From Octopus vulgaris (lineage: Eukaryota), in assembly GCA_951406725.2 (NCBI GenBank), contig OX597824.1:98952001-99016000 (forward strand): DNA of 64,000 nucleotides. The letters are read 5' to 3'. Shown one piece after another: positions 28,532 through 42,257 of the stretch. Positions within the stretch are counted from its first letter, which is position 1; the number at the start of each line of letters is the position of its first letter. Below the pieces are notes generated by a model that was given only the letters and a program-made list of their open reading frames with translations, did no database searches and was not told where the DNA came from. Made by a program: the position numbers and the translations under genes.

Positions 28532-29947
28532 GGGAATTACCTGAAGCCTAAACCAATCTAGTCGAACACCCCGGAAATCAAAAAGGTCATTGTTTTCCAC
28601 TGAAAAAGTAAAAAATATAAACAAGGAATCAGAATCTCAGAAGAACATCATCATCATGATGATGATGATGATGATGAACATAAAACATTGTCTAAAAACC
28701 TAATGAGTTTCTTGTTTGAGGTAAACTAATGGAATGTTAATGAAATTGGCTTTGAAGTAATTATGTGTGTTAACTGCTTGCATGATTACACCTACCCCGA
28801 TACATATTGGTTTCAAATTTTGACACAAGGCCAGCAATTCTAGGGGTAAAGAGGTAAGTGAATTACATCTTGCCACCCTGCATTCACATATACAGATTAT
28901 TATGCATATGTATTCGCAGCTGGTGTTATAAATTAATTCAAGAATTCCTTATTGTTACACTGCAATAAGAAAGATTTCTACAGTAAAACCATGGCAAATC
29001 CAATTTGTCAATAATCTACATACTGGTTGAAGATAGAAAAATGTTCTTAGTCAAAGAGATTCCAAAAGATGGTAACTATAAGTACCAACTTTCTTTTACA
29101 AAAGTTAATTAAAAAGAAAAACAAACAAGTCATGCAAACAAATCCTTACCTTGTTTTATAGACATAGCAGATATAGTGCTGTAGATGGATGATAAAATCA
29201 CGGATTCGTCTTCAGGACACGTTGACCAGTTCTTCAAAGAAGAATAATTAAAGTTCATAGAATATGGAATGGTAAATGAGAGTCAGGAGTGGAGAGGAGC
29301 AAGAGGATGAAGGGAGATGGGAGGAGGGGTTAGAATTCTAATGAGTGGCTTGATTCATTAAACCAACTGAATTAATTAAATATATCATTCTGTTACTAAT
29401 ATTTTTAATGAGTTGTCAGAGAAGGGACAGTGCCCATCTTTGTAGGTCGCACGATCAGACAGGTTAGAACAATTGGTAGCTAGTCTGAACATGTCCAAAC
29501 GAAAATGTGTAGGGAGAAAACCAGTTCACTCCCTGCACATCAAATTCTGCTGAAGGCACCAAAGAACGAGGTGTGGTTGTGTCTAGACTTACCATCCTGT
29601 TAATGATGCCCAAGGACCACCAAGTGGTGAGGGTGATGAAAAAAATAAACAACTTTAATGGATTCTAAGAGGTGGACAGTTAATGTCTGAAGACACAGAA
29701 TGAGAATAATGGAAGAACTCGATGGAGTTGAACGAATTGATTTAACATAAAGCTCCATCTCTCAAATATTGTAATAGAGATAAAAAAAGAAATGTTTTGT
29801 AAAATGTTGCAAAATGAGATGTTTTAATTAAGTAACACTCTGGAATAATGGGGAAGACTGTTTCTAATTAGCAAATTATGCACACACACACACACACACA
29901 GACACACACAAGATGAGTGTTTTATCTTTATTGAATTTGATTCAAAT

Positions 29948-30003
<56 letters not shown>

Positions 30004-33000
30004 GATTACTCTTTGTCTGCCAACACATGAATACTGTGCATATATAATATTATGTTAATAAATTTTAATTTTTGAATTGACAATTATACATACACCATTT
30101 TCTATTCATTTTTATAAATTTAATACACACCCATGTGATTTGTGAGGTTTTCCTCTACAAAATTGGGCATTTAACAGTGGAGCCAGTTAAAGATTGGATG
30201 TTTTCATACCTATTTTCCATGTGTGTGTGTGTGACAGATTACTTTTTGTCTATCAACACAGGAACACTGTGCATAGACTTGAGAAAGATGTCAAAGACTG
30301 TTTTCGTGCTTACCTGTATCAGCTGGTTAAGTAAGACTGCATCATAGCCAGAGAGATATTGTACATAAAACCGCTGGATCACTTGGTTATATTTCCTTAC
30401 TAGGGCTGCAAAATGTAATTATTTATATTATTTCAAGGACCCAACGTACCAGAGAACAACAACAATAACATTAATGATGATGATGATGATGATGCTGTCA
30501 ACACAGAGTTTGAGGGTGATTTATCCAATTCCAGTTTTGATTAGGAGTGATTTTCTCAAGGAGTTGAAAGGATTTTCCCAAAGGAGTTGAAAGGAAAACT
30601 AGGGGTGATGACCCCAAACATTAATAATAATAATTTCTGATTTGGAAGCAAAAGAAGGGGATGGTTAATAGCATATTAATCTCAGTACTCGACGGATACT
30701 TTATTAAGCCCTGAAAGAATGAGAGGCAAAATGAAGCTTCAAAGGATTTGAACTCAGAGTATAAGGAGCTGGAGAAATACTGAGAGGCATTTCATCTGAC
30801 TCCCCACCGATTCTGCCATGCTTCTAACACAGGAAAAATGTTGAGGGAAGGAGAACAGTAGATTATACCAACCCCATACTTAACTGGTGTCTTATTTTAC
30901 TGACTCTGGGAAGAAGAAAGGTGAAACTGATCTCCACCGGATTTGAACTCAGAATATAAAACCTAAAGAAATATCACAAAACATTTTGTCTGCCTATTTA
31001 ACAAAACCACAATGTTTGTATATTCAAGTGTTATGCTTTAAACAAACTTAACTATGGAACAAAATCAGAATCTTTGCCATAATGAAACAACATTTTGAAA
31101 ATGTCTGCTGCTCTGATAAAAGTGATTACAATAAAACACACAAGACATTGTTGTTGTTGCTGAGGAAGAAAAGTGGAGGAAAAGTATGGGGTCACCTGGA
31201 GTAAATGGTGACTTACTGATATGGAGGGGGAGGCAGGGGTTGGTTTGTAAAGGAAGAGTTTACAGAGTAAAGGGGTAATATTTACAGTAGAGTGTGATCG
31301 ATAAGAATTAGTGACACAGTCTGAGTGGTATCAGTGGAGCTATTGTCTTACATGGTGGCACCTGGCAGCAATCAGTAAATGCACAAAAGACTTTTAAATA
31401 TGAAAACTATTATTGGAAATGTTGATAAGAGAGAGAAAATTGAACAAAGTAAAATGTAGGAATGAATTTACCTTTTAATTCTTCCATGTAAAATAATAAT
31501 TCAGGAATTTGTCTGAAAAAGTCAAATACAGAGAACCAATTAATGCAAAGAATAATCGTTGCTATTTGATGCCCAGGAGCATTGAATAGGAGGGGGAGGG
31601 GCTAGTCAATTATTTTGGGCCCAGGATCTGATTTTATTGACACAGAAGGAATGTGAACTAACTTTGATAGGATTTGAACACAAAGCATAAAGACATGAAA
31701 TAAATACCACCAGTTATTTCAACCATGGGTACAAGGCCTGAAATTTTGAGAGGAGGGGTAGTCAATTACATCAACTCCAGTGCTTGACTGATACTTATTT
31801 CATCAACCCAGAAACAATGAAAGGCAAAGTCTACTTTGGCAGAATTTGAACTCAAAACGTAAAGACAGACGAAATGCAGGAAGTGTCTGCCATCTCAGCA
31901 GCTGTAGAGAAATTTGGAGAAATTGGGATTGACACGAGGGAAGAACATGCTCAGGAAACTGCTTTGTTGGGGGACAGCTAGGATTTTGAGACTGGTGCTT
32001 GGGTGTTAAGTATCATGGAAAGAGAAACCCTTTGACATCCTTCACAATAGGTTGTTGTCCGCTCTTACAGAATTAGACAGAACAAGTGAAATCAAGAGCT
32101 CTGAGAAATGAAATAATATTTTCTTTTCTACTTTAGGCACAAGTCCCAACATTTTGGGGGAGAAGGCCAGTTGATTAGATCGACCCCAGTATGCAACTGG
32201 TACTTAATTTATCAACCCCAAAATGATTAAAGGCAAAGTCAACCTCAGCGGAATTTGAACTCAGAACATTAAGACAGACGAAATACTGCTAAGCATTTCA
32301 CTCAGCATGCTAATGTTTCTGCCAGCTCACTGCCGTATACAATAATAATATATTGGTAAATATTGTTTGAAACCAGCAGACTTGATTTCAGAATGTGTGT
32401 GTGTAGTTTGTTTGTCTGATGTCCATTTCTTTCGATGTCAACAGAGGGTTGAGTCAACATTTTATGGCCCCAGGTCCTTCATGTCACCAACGCTAGCCTC
32501 TTCTTCAGAAAAGGCATTTTACTCTTCCATTTGAAAGAGTAGAGCAGACAGGCATGACATCAATAAGGAATGCAAACATCATCATAACACCAGTTTGCTC
32601 AGACTGTGACAAGCAAAGCTGTAGAGTGTCAACATTCACACACACACCATCATCATCATCATCATTCTAATATCCACTTTTCCATGCTTGCATGGTTCAG
32701 ACAGAATTCATTGCAGCAGATTTTTTTAAAGCCAGATGCCCTTCCTGTTGCCAACCTTCACCTGATTCCAAGCAAAGTAATACATTCCACATGGCCAGAC
32801 TGGAATTCACAGAATATTGGAAATAAGTGACACCACTGTGTGATTGGGATACTTGTGTGCAAGTATCGTGCAATACGAAGACAAGGAGGCACAACACACA
32901 CAAAAGAGTCTTCTTGGAGTTTCCATCTATCAAGTCCACTGATAAGACCTTGGTTGGCCCAGGGCTATAGTAGAAGACACTTGCCCAAGGTTCTCTGCAG

Positions 33001-35295
33001 TGGGACTGAACCCAAAACTGCAAGGCAGAGAAGCAACTTTTTAACCACAGACAGACATGAAGACAATAGAAGCTCAGTATATAACTGGTACTTATTTTAT
33101 TGACTTTTATTCAGACAGTGTAATCACAGGTAAATTGTTTGATGGCCAGGGTGGGAGCAGGTTGTTATAAAAGATCCCATGACCATGGAGAGACTCCCTT
33201 CTTGGCTCAATCCCCAACCCCAACAAACACACAAAGAGAAAGGAGACAGATATATTAGATATATGCATTAGTTGCTATTTAACCCCAGGCCAGCCCTGGT
33301 CTCCAGAAGGCCTATAAGGAAAGTCGTCTAGCATGATCATCTTTTGTATTCAAAATGTAACAGAAACTCCATTATTTAGTGTGTCTTTCCTGTGTTATAG
33401 CAGTAGGTTATTCTTTAAAGTGGACTTGGTTACTATTTCTAGCAGGTTGAGCAACCACACAGAGGATTTCCTGTTGATTCAGTTTTGAATATTGAGAAGC
33501 CACTAATTTTATTATGAAGACCATGTTGATATTTCTTATTTCATTCCAATGTTTACATTTAAAGATCAAAAGTAGGGGACAAAAGACACCAAAAGTAGGG
33601 AGGAGTTGTTAGGGTTTGAACTCACCGATCTATGAAGTCCTCCTGAGATAATTTTATGTTATGGCGTTTTGAAGGCGGATTATCAAAATGGCGAAGTAAC
33701 CAGAATATTTCATCCCGTGCCATTGATAAGGCCTGGAACACAAGTAAAACCTGGACGAACAGACAAAACATATACAGAAGTGATTATTGCTGAACCAAAA
33801 TGAAATTAAGATATAATTTAATTGGTACTAATTAATTAGAAAACATCATATAACTAAGGGTGAGCTGTGAAGTTAGTCAGGAGATGACATTTCAAATCAT
33901 CATTCTTCCCAACATTCCAAATGATGTCAGAAAACTAAAGAAGCTGTATTTAGATTTTAGGGGAAAGTTTCTTAGCAATTTATTTCAATTTCTCTCTGTT
34001 AATCTTTAAAAAACAGTTACATAAGGAAGTTTATTTGAGTATTAGTAATGTTACATCACTGAAGACTGGGTTGTTGAATTACTTTGTATCACATGACAGA
34101 CAATATCTTGATTCTGCTTCCAAGCCTTAATTTAACTTCAGTTAGGTCTTGTGGAATGCCAGAATATGTAGAAGAATCCATTGCAAGTGAGAGGTGACAG
34201 CTGTGTATAAAACAAAAAATTCAACACAAAGAATTTAGGTGCTCTACTGCTACACCTCAATATGCTATCAGAATGGGAATAATTGAGTTAAGTAGAATAC
34301 CAAGAAGATATTTGGACGACTTCTGCTTCAAGATGTTTGTATAAAACCCAAAAATAGTAAACGGAAAGAAAAGAAGGAATCTTATGAAAATCAAACCAAC
34401 TCTTATTCTGTGGAAGCTGGCTTTTGCTGGACTCTTTCAGTCAGTTCTTTGCCTTATGTAGGCACATATATCATAGATAGAGTCACACTACACACACACA
34501 CACATTTTCAAGCTGTTGATCAACCATGCCACAACCTGCAGGTTTATCAAAAAAACAAAATGAAAGAACAGTGATCCATGGATTCAGATTCTTAAATATT
34601 CACAAAATCTTTTGCCTGTTTCTCAGCTTGAGTATAATCATTATGTGTTTCCAGTTTTGGTCCAACTGTGGGGTGCGTTGGTCAAGTACCACAGCCACCC
34701 AAGATTTACAGGTAAAGATGGGGAGATGAAAATGTCATGGAAGCTGATTGGATGGACTGTTACAATACATAATGTTGTGTGAGGGACTCAGTCCATCTGA
34801 CCTTTTAGGCACCAAAAGCAGAGCAGATTTTGCTGCAAGAATCTGAACCAAATCTCTGCTCTGAGGGAACCCTCTCATTTCTTCTCTCTTTCTCCATCAA
34901 TCTCAGAATTCTTTCAAGAGGTCTTGACCTCTGTTCTTCTTCCTCCTCAAATTGAACCAGAAACCAGTCTGGGTACAAATAGCCAAGCTGTTCTGGGATT
35001 TTATCACAAACATCTGAAACCTTTCTCATTTTGCTTTCTGTGCAATACCAGCAACAACAGCAGAATGGTATGACGGGGGAGCAACAAGAAACCAAATATC
35101 AAAAGAGTTAGAAATATAGAATTATCTCAGACTTACTTTAGGTCCCAATAATCCAGGTTGATCCGTATAAATCAAAGCTAATTCCTTTAAAGCTGTTCTT
35201 AGAAATTTCCTTCGTTCTCTATGAAGACCAGGTCTAAAGGAAAACAATGTTTTATGAGTGGTTTTCCAGAGATATTTCAAATGTGCAAAAAAAAA

Positions 35296-35339
<44 letters not shown>

Positions 35340-38261
35340 GTAAATGGTTTCAATTTGAAACAGCAGAACTGGTCAAGGTGCACTTAATGTCAGAAAGAGA
35401 AAGAAGTGAAACAGGGATGAGGGGATGGTGGGGGGCGAGTGGATGGTGGAGGCGAGGGGATGGTGGAGGCGAGGGGATGGTGGGGCAAGTGGATGGTGGA
35501 TGCAAGGGGATGGTGAAGGCGAGGGGATGGTGGAGGCGAGGGGATGGTGGGGCGAGGGGATGGTGGATGCGAGAGGATGGTGGGGGCGAGTGGATGGTGG
35601 AGGCGAGGGGATGGTGGAGGCAGGGGGATGGTGGAGATGAGGGGATGGTGGAGGCGAGGGGATGGTGGGGACAGGGGATGGTGGAGTTAAGGGATGAGGT
35701 GGGATAACAGATATAGAAAGATCCTGAAGTAAAACCACTGAGACAAGACTTACGATGTCTGAAGTGCATGTTGCTGGAAATCTTTGACTTCCGTCACTCT
35801 TTTGTGTTGTATATGTTGTCTGAAAGAGATCCAAAGAAAGAGATTGAACAGCCATTAGTCCGTGCGTAGTGTATAATCGGTGGCATAGACACAGGCACAC
35901 TCGTACATCTGATAAAGGAGTGACAAGACCAACATTGAACTCTGCACACTGTACAAGTTAATTAATGAGAGATCAGTAGCAAGTATGAAGGAGTTTATAA
36001 GATTGGCACTCACCCTTTAAGGCTGTCAAAGAAAGCAGCAATATAACTATGGATGTGCAGTACCTCGTCTCTGCATAGTTGTACAATGTAGCCAGACTGG
36101 AGAGCTGTTTTCCATAAGTCCCATGGTTGGGGCTCTGATAGACGCTGATAGCAAAGCATCAAGCCAACTGCAAAAGAGGGGAAATATTAACGTTAGCTGT
36201 ATTTATTATTCCATGATGATATCATTTTCTTCATAAGTTTGAAGTTGACAACCATGACCAACACATAGGACACACACACAGCCACAAAAAGTTAAAAGTT
36301 AAAAGTGGTTCTCAAATTTAGCAACAATATGGAATTTGGTTGGTGTTTGGCCCAGAACAGCCATGACTGAGCAGACTTAAGAGCAAAGATATTCCAGACA
36401 TGACCAACCTGTTTGATAAACATAATGTATCTTTGACTGCATTCTTTAATTTGTCCTTCATTTTTAAGACAATAAGATGTGATTTGAGAGAGGTTTGGTT
36501 GTTATTTTTAGAAGGCTACATGATCAATAGTTTGTAGAGAGTCGAGATATCTGACTGAATTAATGGCAGACTCTAAGCTGTGAGAACTAATTATATTAAA
36601 TTAATTAGTGGAACACTCAACTAATTATAATAAAATATTCAGTTAAATAATTAATTAATTGAGATAAAGTATTCATTAAAATACTCGACTCAGAAATTTA
36701 AGAGCCAAAGATGGGATCCATTCAAGGATAGTTGAGCTGCAAAAGATCCAAATTGCCTCGAATCCCATTTGACCATATGAAGAAGAAAAAAACTGACACA
36801 TTTGATAATGTAATACTATGCCAGCCTGAACAAAACATAGGATTATCAGTGTTGGAACAGCTTTAATTCTAGGTGTGTGGGATCAAAGCTGACCTGGTGC
36901 TAAACAACAACCGCAGCAACAAGTGGTATTTGGCAAGATCAGCTGCCCTAAAAGTCTTCTGTTGTCTGATTAAAGTTTTGTAGTTGTTGAGAATATTCTA
37001 TTCCTCAAGGGATTGATTTTGATTTCTCTGAATCCACTCCTCCATTTCAACATAAAAGTCCTGTGGCACTTTTTGATATAACATCACGTTTATTATGTTG
37101 CCTAAGCAAGTTCCATTGATGTCTCTATGTTGCCATCACGTCTGGAAAAACAGTGATGAATGTCAATTTCTAAACAAAGATGCCATTGAATTCTATCGTA
37201 GATGTGGCCAAACAACTGTCACTAACAGCGAGTCTTTAGTTTTCTGAGAGTCAAACAGACAAAAGTCTTTGACAAAATTCTTCTACTCATTGGAATCAAA
37301 CTGAGTCAATGTAATAAAGTTATAATAAGGTTAGGGTAACTTTGACCAACAGCATATTAAGACATAATTATTTGAAATGGCTGAACATGGACTGATTTTG
37401 GCTTCCAAAATTAAAAAGAAAAAAAGTTAACTGATGTGTTTAATCCTGGGGTCTAAACTGAAGTTAAAAGACCTGATATGTGAATGGAGGGTTTACATAG
37501 CTTACTGTTGCCTAGGGAGATCCATAGAGACAATGTTTGGTGGTCAGGTAACAGGCCAGTAACATAATATTACATACAATCAAAGGTGAATTAGTCCTCA
37601 AGAACTAGTTAGCTATTTAACAGGTAATTAAACATAATTTACTCACAGATGATCCATCTTTCCATGACATCTTGTGATAGATATTCACATTGAATCTGAA
37701 GGAGAAAGAAAAGAAGGAGGTAAATAATCAATGGAATCAATAAACAATCATCATCATCACCAAAATCAGTAACAACAAGTTTTTACAAAGTTACAAAGGC
37801 TGAAATTTGATGGGGAATAGGGGAACAGACATTTAAATCAACCCTAACACCTAATTTGGTATTTTATTTTATGACCTCCACCCTAGAATTATAAAAGACA
37901 AATTTGACAACAGCAAATTATTATCGTTATTATTACTACTACTACTGCTACTACTACCACTACTACTACTACTATTTTAAGGTGGCAAACCAGCAGAATC
38001 GTTAGCATGTCAGGCAAAATGCTTAGCGCTATTTCGTCTGCCACTGCGTTCTGAGTTCGAATTCCGCTGAGGTTGACTTTGCCTTTCATCCTTTCAGGGT
38101 CGATAAATTAAGTACCAGCTGAACACTGGGGTCGATGTCATCGACTCATCCCCTCCCCCAAAACTGCTGCCCATGTGGAAAAATTAATATTGTTGTTGTT
38201 GTTGTTGCTGCTGCTACTGCTACAGCTGTTGTTGTTCTTAGTCTTGTTATTATTATTATTA

Positions 38262-38307
<46 letters not shown>

Positions 38308-41300
38308 GGCAGCAAATTGGTAGAATTGTTAGCATGTCGGGCAAAATGCTTAGCGATATTTCGTCTGCTGCTACATTCTGAGTTCAAATTCCACCTTGGT
38401 CAACTTTGCCTTTCATCCTTTTGGGGTTGATAAAATGAGTACCAGTTGAGCACTGGGGGGGATGGGGTCAATGTAACTGACTATCCCCCTCCCCACAAAT
38501 TTCAGGTCTTGTGCCTATAGTAGAAAGGATTATTATTATTATTATTATTATTATTATCATTATCATTGTCATTGTTATTTGTGGTAGTGGCGATTGTGAA
38601 ATATAAAAAGTGTAACTCACTATATCAGTGTTTGGCACATTCATTAACTTTGAAGGTTCCGAGAGGAGACTGAGGATTTGCGAGGATCTCATCTGATCTG
38701 CAGGTAAATTTCTCCGAGGATAGATCACATGTAATGACAGCAAAGCTGGCAACAAAAACTGGAAATCAAACAAAAACGCACAATGTTAGGATTTAAACCA
38801 GAGACCACTTTGAAATAAGACACGAGTTAGACCAAATAAATGCTTGCTTTAAATAAGATAGTATCATAGATAAGATGGAGTCTGTTTGAGATGAGACAGA
38901 GTTCTCGTGTTTCAGATTATTTATTGGTACCTACTGATAATTAGTGATCCAAAGAAGAAATATAGAAAAGAAGCCTCTGGGAGCATCAATGTATCCAAGA
39001 ATAAAACGTATAATGATGGTCAGAGATGAAGCAGGCCAAAATACACAGATATCAGTTGTAATAATGAAGTGAAACCAAAATAGTGATATTCTGAAATCAT
39101 TTAACATATAAGTTTCAGGTTGGTGAAACATATAATAGGAAATGCATCCATTATGGAAACCTTCCTCAGTTGAAGCATTTCGAAAATATGAAGAATTTGA
39201 TGGAAATATTTCAATATATTCATGGTTAGAGCAGGAAGTTGGCTACAAAGTTAGGAGAGAGTGTGTGTTTTGGGGGATGTACATATATAGTGTCATTCAG
39301 TTCAGAAGAGATAATGTTTGTTATGTTTGACCGAAGAGGTTATATTTAACAGCTCAGTACACTTGGCTGGAAATATAGGCCACACCACAAGATGATAGAG
39401 GAAATCAAAGATTGTCAGCAATGGTAGTAGTAAAGCAATCAACAAGTATTTTGTTCACTTACAAAACAGAGTTGTACCTCTTGGCCTCTTCTTACTCTAA
39501 ACAAGTAGGAAGAGATTAAGAAAGCCAGAAATGTCTACGAAGAGGGGGCCACTAGTTATGATTTCAAAATCTAAAAGAAGAATGTAGAACACTGTACTTT
39601 GTAATTTAGTGGTGGTGGTGAAGGGGTCAGTAATCAAGACCTTAAGATCTTGCAGATTGGTCAAATTGATGTTGTCAATGTCTGACTGAAATACGTGTAG
39701 GTGGAATGTAGGTGTGTGTGAGTTTCAGAGGGTCACTGTTCTGGGAAAGGAGGGAATGCCAGACATGTGTGGAAAGCAAGACACAAGAAGAACAGAGGTT
39801 GTGGCAGAAGAGACAGAGAGAATTCTGTTGTGTCTGGGGAGAGTCATATTGGCGATGTAGTAGTTATGGTGTGTCTGTGAGTCTAAAGACAGATGGCTTT
39901 CCTTTAGATATTTACAAATGTGTGTGTGTGCATGTGCACGCATGTAACAGTAGCAGCCCCATTCCAGATAGGGAATCATACTTCAGTATCAATTCAGCAG
40001 AAGTTCAGAACTAAAGAATTTCTGGCCTTAAGCAAGAACCATGGGGTTTGTGATGTAATTTTAGTAATGTTATGTTTGTAAGATCAGCACAAGAGGTCCT
40101 CAGAGATTGTGAAGCTTAGTAGGTATTCTACTAAAGTTGAGGGTTTTGAAAGTTACTCATGAGCAGAGAGGGGTAAAGGTAGAATACTTAAGGCTAGAAA
40201 TTAGCTGTTTTTAAGGGACATGGTGTCCCCGAGAAACAAACAAAACAGAAAAAAAACACAAACAATTAATCAACATTATTTTTTGGAAAGTACCACTTAC
40301 TCTGGCATGTGGAACAAACTCTTCTGCCATTTTCTTCATTGGAGGGTCATAATCAATGATCATTTGACCAAGTCGAGGAAATGCTGGTTCTCTGTGAACA
40401 GAGGAAAATGAATCAAAAGAGGGTTGAATTAGTTCTGAGGGAGAGGAGCACAAATTTGTAAAGAAGAAAGTCAATAGAACTGATCTCAGGTAAATATTTC
40501 ATCAACTAGGAAGGATGAAAAACAAAACTGACCATATAGGGATTTGATAGCAGAATTTTAAAAGCCATAACTACCACAAGTCATCCAATCTACCATGTAA
40601 CCAGTTCTGCTATTACATCATCATCACCATCACTTTTAATGTCCACTTCCCAATGGGTCAAGTGGAGTTTAGTGAGGCAGAGTCTCTAAGGCTGGATGCC
40701 CTTCCTGTCACCAACCCTCATTTGTTGTTTCCAGGAAAGATAACATTTCCCTCATGGCCAGATACGGTTTCGCAGAATAGAATGAGACTAGTCTGTATGA
40801 CAGTGTTAACAATTATTCTCATCCCCAACAATTTCTGGCCTTCGGTTTATATCATAAATATTTATTATACATTGTTATTGTTTAAGCTGAGGTCAGTTCC
40901 CATCAAGCAAACCCTTACAGCTGAGGCTAATCCAGCTATTATTCAGTATATCTCTAATTACATCACTGGACGTCTTCTGGTAATTAAGCTCAGCTCTATT
41001 TGAGAAGACCAGATAATCTCAAGAGTTTCTCCAAAACTGACAGGAAAGGTTTATTGTTTGGAGATAAGAGGGCATTTGTGGACATATTTCTGCGTCAAGA
41101 GACATCATCAGCAACACAACTGTCAAAAATTTGTTGTATGGTATTTGATATACCTGTATTTATCTAAATATACATACATACATACATATGATTAGATTGG
41201 AGCTTGGTGCAGCCATCTGGCTCATCAGTCCCCAGTCAAACCGTCCAACCCATGTCAGCATGGAAAGCGGACATTAAACGATGATGATATATATATATAT

Positions 41301-42223
41301 ATATATATATATCCAGAGAGAGAGAGAGAGAGAATAAAAGATAAATAGTGAAAGTAGATGAATAGCAGTCTATACCTGAATAGTTGAACAAAACCACTTA
41401 CCCACTGCCATGCTGGAACTCATGTCCCAAATGGTAAAGACCAAGAATGGTTTTCCTGTCATCTATCTTTGATACAATCACCATTATACAAACATATGTA
41501 ACTATTAGATCAAGATAGTTCTTTGTCAGATCATAGTTGGAGCTCTGCAACAGACAGAAAAACAAAATATAACATTTCCCATTCTACAACTTTAGGACTT
41601 TCTTTCACCTGAGGACGTAGTTTAACCCTTCTGAATTATTTTGAAGGATTCTTTTTTTTACATTTTGCATTAATGCAGACATGGAAGTAATTTACTTATT
41701 ATTAAATAAAATAAATATGAATTATTTACATGTTTTTAAGTTACAAAACAATTTGTCATGAAATTAGAATTTTCTTATTGTTAAATGAGGTTTCGTCAAA
41801 CTATTTCTGACTTTATACACACCTTAACACTTTCCTTTTGCATCGTACTATATATTCTATATGTTTTGTAGATTGACACATTAAGGAGCTTTTCTTGAGT
41901 ACCACCGGATTATTTGAATCCATATACTGTGACTTAAATATATAACCATCATCATCATCATCATATATATATATTGAAGTCACAACACATGGATTCAAGT
42001 AATCCGATATTTGTGAGAGTGTGTGTATAATTTACACTGTATTCTATTGCATAAAAGATGTACAGCAATATTAGACATGCCCTAATTTCAGCAGTGCATA
42101 TTCAAGAAAAAGTAAAAGGGACAGAACTAGCTTATGGGAGGCCTAACTTTGTATATAGGAGCTGGGGTACTTTTTGAGATGTTATTCTGGAAAAAAAAAG
42201 TGCATCATATGCCATCAAACATG

Positions 42224-42257
<34 letters not shown>

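Noticed and set aside
33733-33750. Internal acceptor-like gttttacttgtgttccag 18 nt into exon 12
   Set aside because: Would delete VLLVFQ, which aligns to conserved ALFVFM; the upstream acceptor fits better.
35258-35900. 139-175 aa Pro/His- or Gly/Trp-rich ORFs
   Set aside because: Translations of the G-rich minisatellite.
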